NCBI GenBank assembly: GCA_964016885.1
Contig: OZ024745.1
Span: 79,050,001 to 79,114,000, forward strand
DNA from: Eledone cirrhosa
Taxonomy: Eukaryota
Length of the DNA stretch: 64,000 nt
Direction: 5' to 3'
Shown here: positions 25,670-38,349 of the stretch, piece after piece
Position numbering within the stretch: position 1 is the first letter of the stretch
How the letters are laid out: each line of letters begins with the position of its first letter
Made by a program: the position numbers and the translations under genes
Notes under the pieces: generated by a model
Told to the model about the DNA's origin: nothing
Seen by the model: only the letters and a program-made list of their open reading frames with translations
The model's database searches: none

Positions 25670-27215
25670 CTGTTAATATTTTTTTAAATTGCAATCTCTC
25701 TCTATCAATCCAATAAAAGGTGGGAGAAAATTATCATTTTGAAAATCTTTTACTTATTTTCAAAAGTTTGTACTTTTTGTGGACTAAGAAGATCTTTAAA
25801 GATAAAAGGTTTTGAATAAGATTGCTCTAGGTAAAGCGAAGACCATAAATTGACAGAATTGATAGGGTATTGGATTAAAAATGCTTCTACATTTATTCTA
25901 GCTCACTGTACACTGAGGTCAAATCCCACAAAGGTTAACTTTACTTTTCATCTTTTCAATATTAATAAATAAAGTACTAGTCCTATACTGGTGGTTGGTT
26001 TTTCCTCTATCTCTCTTTATTTCTCTCTCTATCTATCACTGGAAGAAATTGGCTGTATTCCAACCTGCAGAGGGATGGACTGTGCTAGGTTTAAAATGCC
26101 CAAGACATGCTGTTTGTCAGGATGACACCCATATGACTCCATCAGGTGTTCAAGTCCCTTTACCTTTTTTACCTAGGTAATGCTGAGTTTGAACTGGTGC
26201 AGTACATTGGTTGGTAGTTATTATGATAGAAATGTGGGCTGGACTATGAAGAGGGGAGAGGGCAAGGGTTTCAAAAGAAATAATGTTTGTTTGTTTTTTG
26301 GAATTGTGTTAAAGAATATGCAGTGTATAGAATATGACATAGTTGATGTGATATGTGGAAGAGAAATAGATGTGTGTGTCATGTATAGTCTTTTATATGG
26401 GCGTAGTGAAACCGGGAGAAGAAAGTAAGGAGAGAGTTAACTTAGAATGAACAAGTTTAGAGGGGCTGTAGATAACAGTTAAATAAATAAATGAAAAGGT
26501 GACAGACCAACAGAGAAGCCAATGTTTTTAAAATGTTTGTGAATGTGGACTTATCTACTTTGAATTGGAATGGTCTACTTTGAACTCAAATTCAATACAT
26601 ATGTGAATATCCCATGTTTTGAAGGCAATAAATAGTCATTTACAGCAATTTTCCTGACCAGAGTTATTTATTACTATGTGATTAGTTAGTATTGACTTCT
26701 GAGAACAAGGAAGTGGGAGTTTTGGCATTCATGTTTTTCTTATGAATTTCCTTTTCAGGGTTACATTTCTGCTGGTGTTGTGAATTTTTTAACATGTCAT
26801 TGTGTACACAACACATTAAAAAATACACAACACGAGCACAAATATCACCTTGAAATTGACACTTTGAAAAACTACCCATAGCTGAAATTGGTTAAGTACT
26901 AAAACAAATTAGATAACTATGGTTCTTACTGCAATATATATATATATATAGGAAGATCCCATATAGGGTGAAAGCAGAAAATCTTAGCTTGAACTTTAAT
27001 CTGTACTAATAATACACATGCATACACACACACACACATATATATATATAATATGTAATGTTTCTGCTTCACATTTGAAAAGAGGGCAATAGCCCTGAAA
27101 TATGTTAAAATATACTGGGTAAAACATTACTTTATTTTGTTCTATTTGTCATCCTTTGGCCTTTATATATTTCTACTACATTGTACCAGCTTTTTGAAAC
27201 TTACTGGTCTTCTTT

Positions 27216-27251
27216 TATTACATATATCACAATACTTCATATTAAATATAC

Positions 27252-27291
<40 letters not shown>

Positions 27292-27327
27292 GTATATTTA
27301 ATATGAAGTATTGTGATATATGTAATA
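27216..27327. repeat. Perfect 112-bp palindrome centred on (TA)n
   Basis: TATTACATATATCACAATACTTCATATTAAATATACTAC-(TA)n-reverse complement. Confidence 0.9.
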
Positions 27328-28694
27328 TATCCGATATCCAGAAGATCCTGCTCAGAGTGAAAGCAGAATTTGTTTGCTTAAACTTTTAGTCTGTGCTAAT
27401 AATAAATAAGTATATATATATATATAAGTATATATATATATATATATAAGTATGAAATTTCGTTTCATTTTTTTCCGTTTATATATATATATATAGTTGA
27501 AAAAAAATGAACGAACAAAATGCAGGAGGCAATTGTACACAGTTATATTAGGTTCATGCTTTAGGAATATTCCACTATTAATTTTGGTAAGATGAGAAAA
27601 GCTCAATGCGTGCTTGAAGTAGGGATTCAAAACAATTGAAAGAGTCTAAAGTTCTTGCTGTTAAAGACAGTGAGGTCAGCGGGGCATAACTATTTAAATT
27701 GAAGAAAACCAAGGTTTTTAAATTAAATCCATCTTTAATCTCTACAACAATCATTTCTATACTTGCTAATGTTCTTGATACATGTTTGTTTTCAACTTTA
27801 TTCTTCTAAATACACCTGAAAATATGCAGGTATGTTTGTATACTATATGAATAATTATTAATTAATCATAACTGATTAATTCATTGTTTACATTTATATA
27901 CAGGTTTCTCGCCTGTATAGAAACAATTGTAATGATTGTAGAGATTAAAGATGGATTTAATTTAAAAACCTTGGTTCTCTTCAATTTATATATGCATGTG
28001 TGTGTGTGTGAGAGAGAGAGAAAGTAATTGTGTGTGTATATATATAAATGTATATATAGAGAGAGAAAGAGCCATATATTGCATAAGAAACACAGTATAT
28101 TGTATATATACCAAATATATATTCCATAGAAGAATATGTACATGGGTGGAATCATAAGAGAAACCTTATACCTATATATATATATCCAGGGGGTGTAACT
28201 TGGAGTTACTGCAGGTTCACCCGGGAAAGCACTCGATGTTTAGGTTCACTTCTGTGATGAGGTGTAGAGCTATACAGAGTGTAATATATTGAAATAATAA
28301 CAAGGACGATTGATTACTCCGTCATTGCATTTATTGATAGGTGACGCGCGTTTCGCCACTGATCAGCTCAAGGTTCGATCTGTATTGATCCTACCCGACT
28401 CAATAATCTGCGGCTTGACGGACCCTTTTAAAATGCTATAAGAAAATGAAATATGAAAGGAAGTTGTGCTCTGACATAGTGTAATTGATAAATCAATATA
28501 CACAATGTTAAATAAACATTTTTATAGCCTCACTATGACATTTTAGATGTGAGGCTATATGTACATATATTGATTTAGGAATAAGGCCAGCAAGTTGAAG
28601 GAAAAGTTTAAGTCAATTATATCAACCCCAGAGCTTAACTATATTTCTGACACAGAAAGGATGAAAGGCAAAGTTGAATTTGACCTCAAAACAT

Positions 28695-28878
28695 AATTGT
28701 TTCTACTTTTGGCACAAGGCCATCAATTACCCAGTACATTACTGGTACTTTATTTTATCGACCCCGTAAGGATGAAAGGCAAAGTTAACCTCGGCGGGAT
28801 TTGAACTCAGACCGTAAAGGGACGTAACTATGCTGGAAAGCATGGCGTCCGACCCTCTACCAATACTGCCAATCCACC
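28695..28878 (-). mobile_element. Family 2 SINE, full length
   Basis: Reverse complement of 43313-43498 at high identity. Confidence 0.88.
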
Positions 28879-29129
28879 CATAATGAGCCAGAAAAATACT
28901 GCAAAGCATTTTGTCTGATGCTCTACCAATTCTACCAATCCAGCATCTTGTGTGTGTATATATATAAATGGTATCAACAATAAGCCACAGAAAAATATTT
29001 TAAGCTAAAAGACACCACTTTAAATTAATATCCTTAAATATTTTTGTTCTTGTTTCTTGTATTTTAGTTTAACTATTTTTTATTTTTATTTTGTTTTGTT
29101 TTTCTTTCTGCATTTTCTTATAAAATGCT

Positions 29130-29400
29130 TTAAACACATGTTTCAGGCGTAAAAGCCATTCTTGCACTTTTCACTTTACGTATCAAACCACCAATGTCTC
29201 CCATACAAGTCATGCGTTTTGGTGAATGTTGAATGTAATCAGTTTCATCAAATTCCCTTTGTCTTTTTGGTAAATGAGACAAAGATTCTGTAGAATTGAT
29301 GTATTTTGATGTCTGCAAAGACACCACTTTTTCTTCTTTTAAATTCCTGTAAGTATTACGGTACAAAAGGGTTACCATCTCATTAAGATTCTTATTAGAC
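29130..29400 (-). CDS. NMNAT: NMNAT last exon B (long C-terminus ending ...AFTPETCV*)
   Basis: Strong acceptor tttcatttcctttcatcag; phase 2 matches the donor at 31759; 89 open codons. Confidence 0.65.
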
Positions 29401-29700
29401 CTGATGAAAGGAAATGAAACCATTAGTAACAACCTGCTTATATACACATAAATATAGTAAATTAAATAAACGTGTTGTAACTTAGCAACATATTTGTATA
29501 CATTCGTGTATACATTCATGTATACATCGCTATTTCAGAGCACCAATCCTAATACCTAATTTTTGCTGGACTGGTAATCGCTCTGTATAATCAGCTCCTG
29601 ATTATTACTGGAATTCTATAAGAATCCAGCTTCTATAATTTTCAGCAGAAGCAAGGGAGTGCGTGGCTCTGATGAATGCCAACCAGCGTGAAACAGACTG

Positions 29701-29722
29701 TCAGCTTCTCTCCCTTCTTTCG
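29701..29722 (-). CDS. NMNAT: NMNAT alternative last exon A (short, N-ERRERS*)
   Basis: Strong poly-T acceptor (...tttttcag); phase 2. Confidence 0.5.
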
Positions 29723-30097
29723 CTGAAAAAAAATAAGTGACATAGTCCCTACTTTAAAACTGATAGTGTATGGTCTTCTAAATGTTTTTAATTAAACATG
29801 GTATATTGCCAAATATACTATACATACATTTATATATATATAAACAAAATTTGTTTTCACTCTTAATGTGGTGGACACCTAAATGTATTCATGAGTAGCT
29901 GAAAGAAAACAATTGACAATTGTTTCGGAGTATCTTGCTCCTTGTCAAGATTGTGTATTCTGCTCGTTAGCTACCTTCTGGAATTGCTGAGAATACATAG
30001 TATTCTCAAAATATACATTGGCTGATTAGCCTCATTTGCATACCAAGTGATTTTCTGGCTGGTGAATTTTGTTTTTTTAATTTTCAGCAAAGCTGAA

Positions 30098-30228
30098 ATC
30101 ATGATAAATTATGAGACACTCAAGTGATCAATCAGGATAAATCATGAGACACTCAAGTGATCAATCAGGATAAATCATGAGACACTCAAATGATCAATCA
30201 GGATAAATTATGAGATACTCAAGTGATC
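30098..30228. repeat. 33-bp minisatellite, about 4 units, resuming at about 31614-31660
   Basis: ATGAGA(C/T)ACTCAA recurs at 30111, 30144, 30177, 30210 and again at about 31632. Confidence 0.9.
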
Positions 30229-31615
30229 TTCTTCTTCCCCCACTTATTCCTGAGAGGGTCATGGGGGCAGAGTCCTGAAACACCTTCCAGTGGGTCCTGT
30301 CAGTAGCCACCGTCTTCAGCTGATCTGGCTAGATCTCCAGGCATGACTAGCCAAACTCATGGATGTTATCCAACTATTTTGCTCGGGGTCTACCTGGGAT
30401 CTCTTGCTGGTTGGTTTTGCCCGTGTAGCAAGCAATGGCACTATTTTATTGCGGCAGAGTAATTTGGTCATACTTTGTCACTCACCAGCCCTTAGGGTTG
30501 ACAGTGTATGAATACAAAAGACGACTTCCACCCAGCAGTTGCTTCGTGCCTTTTTTCAGTTCTACCCAGCAGTTGTGGTTTTCATTTCATCAACACCAGA
30601 CCTCACAAATGGCTTCCCCGTTCGATGCATCATCTTTCCAAACTACCTAACTGTTGCGCCTAGCCTTCTGTCAACACCAGCACCTCTCAGCTTCATTACC
30701 CAAAACTACTTATTACTAAATACTGGAGCAACTAGCAAGATGTAATACCTAACAAAAAACTTTGGCCCTCTTGACAAAGGCCCAGCAACATTCTTCCTAC
30801 CTAAACATATTTCACACACATTCCTCGCGCAACACAAATTCTCTCCTTGTTTGTTGTTCATATCTTTTGGCTATAACAAAATGTTAATTCATGTGAGTCC
30901 ATGTGAAATAATTCACAATACAATTATGTATTACTAAAGACTTATTACTAAAGTAGTTATGTTCCAGATTTTCAACTGAGCGGAACAACGTAACTCGTTC
31001 CTGATTTTCTTCATCTTGCTTTCTAATGCCGAGAGTAATAATGATATATAACTCTGCGAGGAATTGCATTATTTTTCAACTTAATTATGAGATATGTTGC
31101 AGCACTTCACTCTCTTGTACTTATATTGATACGAAGCAGAAAAAAATAAAATTGTTATTATGTTTTAACATATGCCTTCTGATCTGATCCTTCCACCAGG
31201 ACTAAACATAAAGACGCAGCCTTACAATCTATATATTCTTTAAGGATCCTTTCTGCTACCAATATAGTATACACGGTAATGTCTAATCGCTAAACCCGTA
31301 AAATCTGTCCAGTGATTCTTTCCTGAGACATTCTAAGCATGTGGTCATAGTATCAGAGCTGTGATCTCTCAATTTGGAGAAGCAGTGCCTCTAATTGGAG
31401 TGACTCTCTGATCTCCGCACTTTATCGAGTAATGTTACTCCAAAGACCTTTTCGAGGAAGCCCATTTTGGCTACTTGTATTTGTGATCATATTTTTTTGG
31501 TCATTACCCAAGATTCATGACCATAGGTAAGGGTTGGCACGAAAACCGAATTGAAGATAGTGAGTTTGGCTTTTATGCCTACCTCTTTTCTTCTGATTAC
31601 TGACTGCTGAAGAGA
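30228..31615 (-). mobile_element. REX3/Expander-like RTE 3' fragment with (GAA)n tail, interrupted by an LTR-like insert (about 30424-31260)
   Basis: KAKLTIFNSVFVPTLTYGHESWVMT at about 31500-31575; PT.KR..GRP.. at about 30390-30420; the insert begins TGTAGCAA and shares a block with 42781-42830. Confidence 0.7.
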
Positions 31616-31758
31616 TCAATAATGATAAATCATGAGACACTCAACTGAACAATGAAGATAAATACTGGCACACTTGTTGGTGGTTGGATATGTTGGATGG
31701 GAAAATTTTTAAATGGTGGTGAGCTATTGGAAGAGATGAACAGAAAAGAAAGACTTAC

Positions 31759-31857
31759 TTGAAGCTGTTTATGTTATAAAGTTGATGTTGGTAGATATAG
31801 TCTATAACTGGTTCTTGAAGGAGGAATTTCACACTTTCACAACGTCGCAAGGCTCGA
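31759..31857 (-). CDS. NMNAT: NMNAT exon: RALRRCESVKFLLQEPVIDYIYQHQLYNINSF
   Basis: ttttgtag/gtaagt; phase 2 to 2; matches the NMNAT RALRRGQSIRYL..V..YI..H.LY region. Confidence 0.93.
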
Positions 31858-32005
31858 CTACAAAATATGACCATAATCACAGTCTTAGTCCGCTTTATTC
31901 TGCACCACTACCACCACCACAATAAAAGAGGAGACAGAGAGATGAGAGGGAGAAACAGACAGGGAGAGGACAGGAGAAAGAGAGAGAGTAGAGAGATGAA
32001 CTCAC

Positions 32006-32064
32006 CGAATCTTCGTAGAACTAATCTCATTTCGTATCCATTCTGGGACAATAAATATATTTTC
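32006..32064 (-). CDS. NMNAT: NMNAT exon: ENIFIVPEWIRNEISSTKIR
   Basis: cactag/gtgagt; ISSTKIR nucleotidyltransferase motif; phase 0 to 2. Confidence 0.95.
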
Positions 32065-32115
32065 CTAGTGAAAAACAAAAATTCAACACATTTTATAAGT
32101 GGAAGGCATATATAT

Positions 32116-32465
32116 ATCATCATCATCATTCATCATTTCATTTTACGTCCGCATTTTCCCTGCTTGCAAGGGAGGGACGGGAACTGATTCTGGCTTGATT
32201 TCTACAGCTGGATGCCCTTCCTAACACCAACCTCATTTACAGTGAGTGCTGGGTGCTTTTTTGCCGTGGCACCTCCACGACCACTTTGCAGTGGAATGAT
32301 AAGGACCCCAGTCCCTATCATCTCATTTCTACGGCTGAGTAAACGGGAGCAATGTGAAATAAAGTGTCTTGCTCAAGGAAACAACACATCACCCGGTCAG
32401 AGAATTGAACTCACAACCTTTCGATTGCAAGGCCAATGCTCTAACCACTAAGCCATGTGCCTCCA
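32116..32465 (-). mobile_element. Family 1 SINE, full length
   Basis: Reverse complement of 55039-55371. Confidence 0.9.
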
Positions 32466-32783
32466 CATATATATATATATATATTCCCAAACTGTGGTTC
32501 TGCTGTGTGAAGGGCTTGGTGTGGTCAACTGGCGTGTCCCTCCTCATAATGGTGCTATCCAGTTCCACACTGCTAATGCTAACCTCATTACAGCATCTAC
32601 TAGGATCTTTTTTCATGGTACCACCACTACGCTTTACAGGGTGAACTGGATGTTTTGCATCATGGCACCAGTATGACTACCTTACAGTGTGGACTGGGTG
32701 ATTTTTGTTGTCATACCAATATTGTATGAGAGCAGTTTGGAGCATGTCTGGCTTTCCATACATATATATATATATATATATAT

Positions 32784-34155
32784 ATGATAGATAAAGCAAT
32801 TAAGGACATGAAGGTAGGAAAAGCAGCTGAACTATCTGGTATAGTCGCTGAGATGCTAAAAGCATATGGCATGGTAGGATTCGGTCTAGTCATACATATT
32901 CTTAACCAAGTAATTGTAAATTGCTACAAGGGCAAAGGAGATGCACTAGAAAGAAGTAACTACAGATGCATCAAGTTGATGGACCAGGGCATGAAAGTTA
33001 CTGAAAGAGTTATAGCACAAGTAATTAGGGAAAGAATCAAGTTAGATGAGATGCAGTTTGGATTTATGCTAGGTAGGGGTACTACCAATGTCCTCTTTCT
33101 GGTGAGACAACTAGAGGAGAAGTATTTAGCTAAGAGTAAGCCACTACCTAGCACTTGTAGATCTGGAGAAGGTCTTTGACTAGGTCCCATGCTGTATAAT
33201 CTGGTGGGCACTTCGGAAGCTATGTATAGATATAGGGGAGGGCCATGTATAGAAGAGCAGCCAGCAGAGTGAGAACTGGTAATGAAAACAGTGATGACTT
33301 TGAAGTGTAGGTGGAGGTCCATCAGGAATCAGTACTTAGTCCATTCCTATTTATCATTATCCATACGAGAGTTGGAAGCAACATTTCAAGGCCTAAAAGT
33401 AAATTTGGCGAAGATGAAAGTTTTGATAAATAGGAAAGAAGACAAAAAGGTGATACCAACAAGAATGCGTTTAATATGTCAGAAAAAGGGGGCAGAAATT
33501 CCATAAGGTTCACACAATGTAAACTGCAGACGCACAAGAGATGTAGTAGGATTGCAGGTAGGCTAACAGAAAAAATAAACTTTATAAGCTGCAGATGCAC
33601 AGAAGTGAGCACAAAAAGCACATGTGAAATAAATTCCTTCAGCTGCCAGGAGTTGCCCTAGAAATAGTTAACAGCTTTCACTACCAAATTAGTAGTGGGG
33701 GAGGATGTGCCGAAAAAGTGATAGCTACAATAAAAATAGACTAGAAGGAGTTTAGAGATCTATTACCACTGCTAACAACAAAATGCTTTTCTCTCAAAGT
33801 GAACGGTAGACTGTATGATGCATGTATGCAAATTACAATGTTACATGGTAGTGAAACATGGGCCTTCACCTGCATAAGACTTGCAGAGGCCAGAAAGAAA
33901 TGAGTTCAGTATGCTCCAATGCATGTATAATGTTAGTGTGTATGAATGACATAGCATAAGCAAACTGAGAGAAAAACTTAGCATGAAAGGAACTGATAGT
34001 AGAGAGAAAACTACATTGGTGTGGACAAGTGATGTGCATGGAAGATAGCAGCTGCATAAAGAGATGCAAAGAAATCCCAGTGGCTGGGACCTGGGATGAG
34101 ATTGTGAAGATCAACTTTAAAAAACTAAACATTACAACAGAAATGACTAAAGACT
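32784..34155 (+). mobile_element. Degenerate RTE (RT + PHD remnant); another piece at about 34710-35100
   Basis: KAIKDMK.GKAA, YKGKGDALERSNYR, QFGF, NSIR..QC...HKRCS. Confidence 0.85.
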
Positions 34156-34156
34156 G

Positions 34157-34610
34157 TGTAGTAAGATGCCTCACGCCCCCTGTCGGATAATAGAACACCC
34201 CATAGTTATCTCCCCCTGGTTGAGAACAGGAGAGGTAAACAGACAGCCACTGAAAGGCAGACTGAACACACGCCAGAAAACAGCCTCTGTACCACGCCAC
34301 AGAAAACAGCCAAGGGAACAGCAAACAGCAACAAACCCCACAATACTTTTGTAATTGTAATTCACCACAACTGACTGCGTCTATATTTGGTATGTTCCAT
34401 TTGTAATACAAATAAACATCACCATTATTTACATTTGTCGAATATAACTCTCGTTGTGGTTATTGTCTTGATTACGCACACACCCACTCACTTTGTTATA
34501 ATTCTCATAAATAAAAATGGTAAATAGACGAGGGACCTTCCCTCACGTCTATGTCAATAAACAATCCAACTAGGATACTACATTTTACCACACTGGTGAC
34601 CCTGACGTGA
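34157..34610 (+). mobile_element. 5' LTR plus tRNA-Trp-type PBS of a truncated LTR element
   Basis: TGTAGTAA...TTACCACA followed by TGGTGACCCTGACGTGA. Confidence 0.7.
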
Positions 34611-35622
34611 AGAAAACCCAACCTGCAATATACAATATGGCCTAATCTGCCCCCGCATCCCCCTTTCCACAACCACTCACTAACAGCTATCGCCAACACC
34701 ACTAGAAACAAAGCTTAGAATTGAAAGGTCTCTAAGTAAATTTAGCAAAAACTAAGGCCCTAGTAAACAGGAAAAAAGACAGGGTTCAGATTCCCATCAG
34801 AGAAATGTCCATGCACAATATGTAGAAAAGGAGTTGGTAGGAATTACATACTGCAGACAAAATGTAATCTATGAATACACAAGAAATGTAGCAGGATCTT
34901 GGGTAATCTAATGTAGTACATAAACTTTGTATGTGGAAGATGCACAGGAGCAGTAACATGAGCACACATGCAACAAGCTTCATCAAATGCTCAGATGGCT
35001 CTCTAGAAATAGTTAACAGCTTCTGCTACCTAGGGACAATAATTAGCAGTGTGAGTAGATGTTCTGAAGGTACAAGTGAGAACGGGCTGGAAAATGTTCT
35101 TAACCACACAGCTCTGCCTGCACATTCATTTTTTAAATGGTTTTTTTATGGGGGGGGGGGGGGGGGGGGGCTTTTGTTTATCATTGGGAGCATTCCACTT
35201 TAGAAATGCAGGACTATGAAACATTTATCTGTTATACAGTGTCCCTGCCATCTGTAACAAAAGAAAGAAACAACAACTTACCTATAACAGCAAATATATT
35301 GTTTACATTAAATAACAACTATAATGTGAGTGATGATACTCCAGCCACAACTACTACTATGTGGTCACTAAACCTGCTTGAAATAACAACCAAATATCCT
35401 TCAACTCATGCCCTATGGTTTTAAATAAGGACAAGACACCTTACATAATGTAATCTTACATCACAGTCCCAAAATTTGGGATGATCATAACTGAAATGCC
35501 TTTAATCATAGGTTTGATTGATTAGGATACACCCTGGGATTGATTGAACAACATCACAACCAGCAGATTTTTTTTCTTTTATTGCAAAGACAAAAATAAG
35601 ACAAAAAAAAGCAGATATTTAC

Positions 35623-35724
35623 CTGATATTTGCTTAAAATATCATTTTCATAAATGAATTTTCTTGGGTCAGAGTTTTCTCGGGTGATGCAGACAAGGCC
35701 ATATTTGGATAGTATTTGCTCCAG
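35623..35724 (-). CDS. NMNAT: NMNAT exon: LEQILSKYGLVCITRENSDPRKFIYENDILSKYQ
   Basis: ctcatag/gtaaat; phase 0 to 0; matches NMNAT YGLICVTR..D..KFIYESD. Confidence 0.95.
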
Positions 35725-35810
35725 CTATGAGGAATGAATGAAAAGACCATGAGGAAGTACAATAAATTAATGGTTAATAAAACATAAAAATGAATAATGA
35801 AAAAAAAATA

Positions 35811-36020
35811 ATTGTTTCTACATTAAGCACGAAGCTAGCAATTTGGAGGAGGGGTAACATCGATTAAATCGACCCCAGTGCATTACTGGTGCTTTATTTT
35901 ATTGACCCCGTAAGGATGAAAGGCAAAATTGACCTTGTTGGGATTTGAACTTAGAATATAAAGGTCAGTTATTAAATACTACAAAGTATTTTGTCTGATG
36001 GTCTAATGATTCCACCAATC
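35811..36020 (-). mobile_element. Family 2 SINE, older variant
   Basis: GACCCCGTAAGGATGAAAGGCAAA..GGATTTGAAC. Confidence 0.7.
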
Positions 36021-36135
36021 TACTGCAATAATAATTTCTTAATAGGCACAAAACCTCAAATTTCAATGAAGGGAACAGTCATTGATATCAACCCCAGTAC
36101 TTGAGTGGTACTTTATTTATTGACCTAGATATGGG

Positions 36136-38200
36136 TTTAACAGTTAAGATGTGTTATTGTTAGTAGCGCCACGAGTGACCAGTTCTGTAGAAAGATGTGG
36201 TAAGAACATCGACAATGACTTTGTCTTGTTTTACATTATTTATTAACAAGGTTGAGCTATGTAGAGCTGAGTAGAGCAGGCATGCCAAGAGTTATAAAAC
36301 AAACGAATTAAGGATTTCAGAAGGCACGATCCACTGGCTGAAGTGTTGCCAGGCCGTGGTTAAGTTGTTGTGTTACATGTTGGCTAGTGATTTCACGACG
36401 AAAGAAAGTTAGTTGTTTACCTTTTCACAATTAGGATGCGAGAGACAGATTTCTAAAATCAACGCGGGAATTTTTCCCTCGGGACGCGTAGAGATACATT
36501 CTCTTCTACTGGCCCTGATTGGCTGAGCTGAGCCAAATCACGCACAGAGAATGTATGTGAGCCCGCGGAATGTAGGTCACTACAATACTCCCCCTCTAGT
36601 TGTAAGACGATACAGATTATTGAATCAGCAGGAAAAAATGTATTGAATCAGCAGGAAAAAATGCTGAAAGAGCACATCAGTGAAAAAATAATTGAGCAGA
36701 AGGATGCATGCAAGAAGAAAAATGAGGCGCTAAGGGCCGTGTTGAGCTGCTGTGTCAAATGACTAGCTGTTTTGTAGTTTATACGTGACCACGAAGAGTC
36801 TAACAGAAAACGGATAAAGTCTGACATGGGCGAAGTTGCTGTTCTTGTATTAAATGTTAATGGTAAGCATTGTACCAGTAGCTGTGGATGAAACTATTAT
36901 GGTAGTTTACCAGTGCTGGCAAGAAGATGATGGGTAGGCGAGAAAATGTCGGCCTCCCAGATGTATTGCCGAAAGTGCTAGGCAGCCAGGAAAAAATGGC
37001 TGGTTGGTTTGAAAAGAAAAAAAAGCAAGTTGAATCTGTAGGTGGGTAGTAGTTGCAGTGTAAATTCCATAATTCTGGCGAATCCACAAAAGTGGTGGAA
37101 ATGCTGACAGGTCCAGTTCCATTTGTTGTTTTCCCAGTGAGTCGGGTAAGGTAACAAGATGGAGGTTGTTATGGACGATGAGTGTGCAACGAGATGTGAA
37201 GCTGTTTGAATCCAGCTGCAATTAGCAGTTCTCGTGTTGCGGTGCCTGTTTGAATCCAGGTGAATTAAGCTCTATGAGTCGCTACCATGTGTCGGCACCT
37301 CAACCAGGTGAAAAGGGATCTTGCAGAATATTATGTTTGAAGAACATATACTAAGAACAACATGTTGGTGTGTGTCAAAGAAATATGTGTGCATATGCAG
37401 GCATGTAATACAGCAAAGTGCAGTCATATATACAATGATAAAGAAAATGATGCAATCATATATATAATGATAAAAACATTTTTTTTTCATATAATGCAGT
37501 TCTAAAAGAAAAAAATAATTGTTTCTTGAAACAAAGTCCGCCTTTTCTTTTCTTTGGGATCGCTCTTACTAGGAAGCTAGTAGAGTTGTTGCTGTTGTTG
37601 TTAAAGCAAAGTCACATTGAATCTTCTGTAAAATCGAAGTCGAGCGTTGAAGAGCCTAGAGTCACCAATATGCCAGTCACATCTGACGCCATAGTGGTGA
37701 GAAGACTGATGTCTTAATTTCTCGAGTCCCTGTGGTAACGAGACAGAAGGTATGGTAGTTGCGTCGGTAAAGTTACAAGGCTGCCACATCGCTATTCCCT
37801 GTTGTTGGTTAGTAGTTAACCATGTGTTGTCGCTGCTGCTGATGTATTTGGTAGTGGTGATAGCCATGTGTTGCTGCTGATGGCTGGTAGTAGAGAAGTA
37901 CTTGGTGGTAGCCATTTTGAAATTTCCTCGTGGCGAAATTTTTTAAAATACTGCTAATTTTTTTAAATTTTAAAAGGAATATTTTGTATTTACGATATTC
38001 ATCACGTCGGGGTCACCAATTTAACAGTTAAGATGTGTTATTGTTAGTAGCGCCACGAGTGGAAAGATGTGGTAAGAACATTGACAACGACTTTGTCTTG
38101 TTTTACATTATTTATTAACAAGGTTGAGCTATGTAGAGCTGAGCTGAGCCAAATCACACGCAGAGAATGTACGTGAGCCCGCGGAATGTAGGTCACTACA
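36136..38200 (-). mobile_element. Non-autonomous LTR retroelement: 5' LTR 38200-38020 (internally deleted), tRNA-Trp PBS, PPT, 3' LTR 36584-36136
   Basis: Direct repeats; TGGTGACCCCGACGTGAT at 38018-38001; AGAGGGGGAG PPT; no pol ORF; splits a family 2 SINE core. Confidence 0.85.
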
Positions 38201-38349
38201 GGGGAAAGTCTAAGTTGACCTTATAGATATAAATATTTGCATGCATGAAGGCAAGTACATAGTATATGGAGCATCATAAAATGTAAAAATAAAAACCAAT
38301 TGTTTCATGGTAGAGTTCTTGTGATCATTAAAACACAGCTGTTTATCAT

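Noticed and set aside
26847-26881. Extra NMNAT exon after the tttcag acceptor
   Set aside because: Phase 2 gives only NYG*, and there is no other support.
29397-29430. CTGATGA...GAAA hammerhead-like string
   Set aside because: There is no stem II or stem I; it is the reverse complement of the NMNAT splice acceptor.
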